Positions 63,111 to 64,000 of a DNA stretch of 64,000 nucleotides are shown here, in pieces. Below the pieces are notes generated by a model, which worked only from the letters and a program-made list of their open reading frames with translations, made no database searches and was not told the DNA's origin. The stretch's first letter is position 1; each line of letters begins with the position of its first letter. Position numbers and translations under genes: made by a program. Source of the DNA: Acidobacteria bacterium RIFCSPLOWO2_12_FULL_67_14b (GTDB lineage: Bacteria; Acidobacteriota; Vicinamibacteria; Vicinamibacterales; UBA2999); assembly GCA_001768615.1 (NCBI GenBank), contig MELE01000065.1, forward strand, positions 12,158 through 76,157. The letters are read 5' to 3'.

Positions 63111-64000
63111 TCAGGCCGTCCACAGCGTCTTTTTAATCGTCGGCTTCACGTCACAGTGGGTGTCGAATGCGTCTTTGATCAGGCTCTCGGCCGAGAAGAC
63201 TCCCGACCGTGGTACCACGAGTGCGTCGTGAATGGTCAGCAACGGTTCGTCTGGAAAGAACTCTGTGAAGAGATGAGCGGCACTGCCGATCATCACCTTG
63301 CTTTCGAGCCGTTGCATATGTAGCGACAGGTGTTCGTGCGGATAAGAGCGGCTGTACGTCATACAGGAGTCCCACGCCTGTGGGTACAGGCGTTGGAACA
63401 CTTCGCCGTGCGGCCGGTTGTAGCGCCGTGGAAGCCCGTACACCAGTTTTATGAGGGCGTCCTTGCCCTTCTCCCGATCCACGCCTAACGCGGCTCCAAA
63501 GGTGTCGTAGAGCCGTCCGCCGAGCACCTGCTGCACGAAGTCGGAATCGACAGCGTATCCCTCGCGCCGAAGCCACGATGCCATCAGCACGAACTGGCAG
63601 TGCGAAACGTCCACGGCGTACAACTCGCTGTGCCCGGCGAGCCGGATGAAGTGGCGGTACCGCTTCGGCAGGCTTGTCAGGCCTGTGTGGATGCGGCCGT
63701 AGTCGCACACTTTCATCCAGAAATCCTTTCGACGCAGTTCGTCCAGATGCGGCACGTCTGGCCCGTCATCGGCGACTGTCACGGTGCTGAGCCAGCGGCG
63801 TAGCGACTGGTGAACCGGCTCTTTGAGGGCGTCCACAACGCCTACTTGGAACCGGTACATCCGCTTGAGGAGCGTGTTCTTGGTAATTGTGTAGGCGACC
63901 TGCTTGGCGGATCTGTGCGGCTCCAAGAGGCGATAGCACCGGCAGTTTTCCCCACCGGCACCACGGTCCATTTCGATGACCCTGTCGCCTTGCAGTTGCC
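63111..64000 (-). CDS. family-A DNA-polymerase-like protein (palm/fingers motifs A, B, C), 5' end beyond the window
   Basis: YAVDVSHCQFVLMA resembles motif A (DYSQIELRVLA). DREKGKDALIKLVYG resembles motif B (R...K.......YG). LTIHDALVV resembles motif C (HDE). The frame stays open upstream of the first Met to the window end. Confidence 0.45.
   Translation of the reverse strand, partial: QLQGDRVIEMDRGAGGENCRCYRLLEPHRSAKQVAYTITKNTLLKRMYRFQVGVVDALKEPVHQSLRRWLSTVTVADDGPDVPHLDELRRKDFWMKVCDYGRIHTGLTSLPKRYRHFIRLAGHSELYAVDVSHCQFVLMASWLRREGYAVDSDFVQQVLGGRLYDTFGAALGVDREKGKDALIKLVYGLPRRYNRPHGEVFQRLYPQAWDSCMTYSRSYPHEHLSLHMQRLESKVMIGSAAHLFTEFFPDEPLLTIHDALVVPRSGVFSAESLIKDAFDTHCDVKPTIKKTLWTA

Overview
The window has two parts. 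Positions 1 to about 29,260 are very GC-rich, densely packed core-like chromosome, which looks like a soil Acidobacteriota- or Gemmatimonadota-type genome (this is inference only). It encodes:
- a Tat-exported TPP enzyme, cytochrome c and esterase operon
- a tannase-family esterase
- a TctC/B-TctA tricarboxylate transporter with a TcuA-like flavoprotein
- GlgB, PpiB, a PfkB kinase, PheA, a rhomboid protease and UbiX
- an AttH-like/FtsX/ABC-ATPase operon preceded by an EVE-domain gene
- thioredoxin-like, DUF4159 and MBL-fold proteins

The intergenic regions of this part carry several families of short-period repeats and hairpins. One pair of about 40-bp inverted repeats brackets a '23S rRNA IVS / four-helix-bundle' gene.

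From about 29,260 to the window end the GC content drops visibly, and it drops further after about 36,300. This part is a mosaic accessory or defence-type island containing:
- a HigB/HigA-like toxin-antitoxin pair with an operator palindrome
- an IS630 transposase N-terminal remnant
- a PD-(D/E)xK gene and an AbiEi/AbiEii-like pair that share a nested GTTCAC/GTGAAC operator
- a 3'-truncated orphan type I HsdR followed by an orphan 5' half of tRNA-Ser(GGA)
- a cluster with two Apea-like HEPN (Rx4H) proteins, a CoiA-like zinc-ribbon protein and a small PD-(D/E)xK protein
- an AbiJ-like gene bracketed by two diverged copies of a 16-codon mini-ORF
- a VRR-NUC gene overlapping a zinc-ribbon protein gene
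- a ThsB-type TIR-like gene tightly linked to small multi-TM proteins, with no ThsA present
- ComEC-type MBL hydrolases, DUF3006 and a Kv-type K+ channel
- zinc-ribbon/TonB-C proteins
- at the right edge, a partial family-A-polymerase-like gene, a structured spacer and a PD-(D/E)xK protein

The best candidates for an undescribed system are the TIR-plus-TM module (51.6-53.2 kb), the HEPN cluster (37.3-41.4 kb) and the polymerase-like/nuclease pair (61.9-64.0 kb).

Every call rests on motif reading by eye. No searches were run, and family names are recalled from memory.
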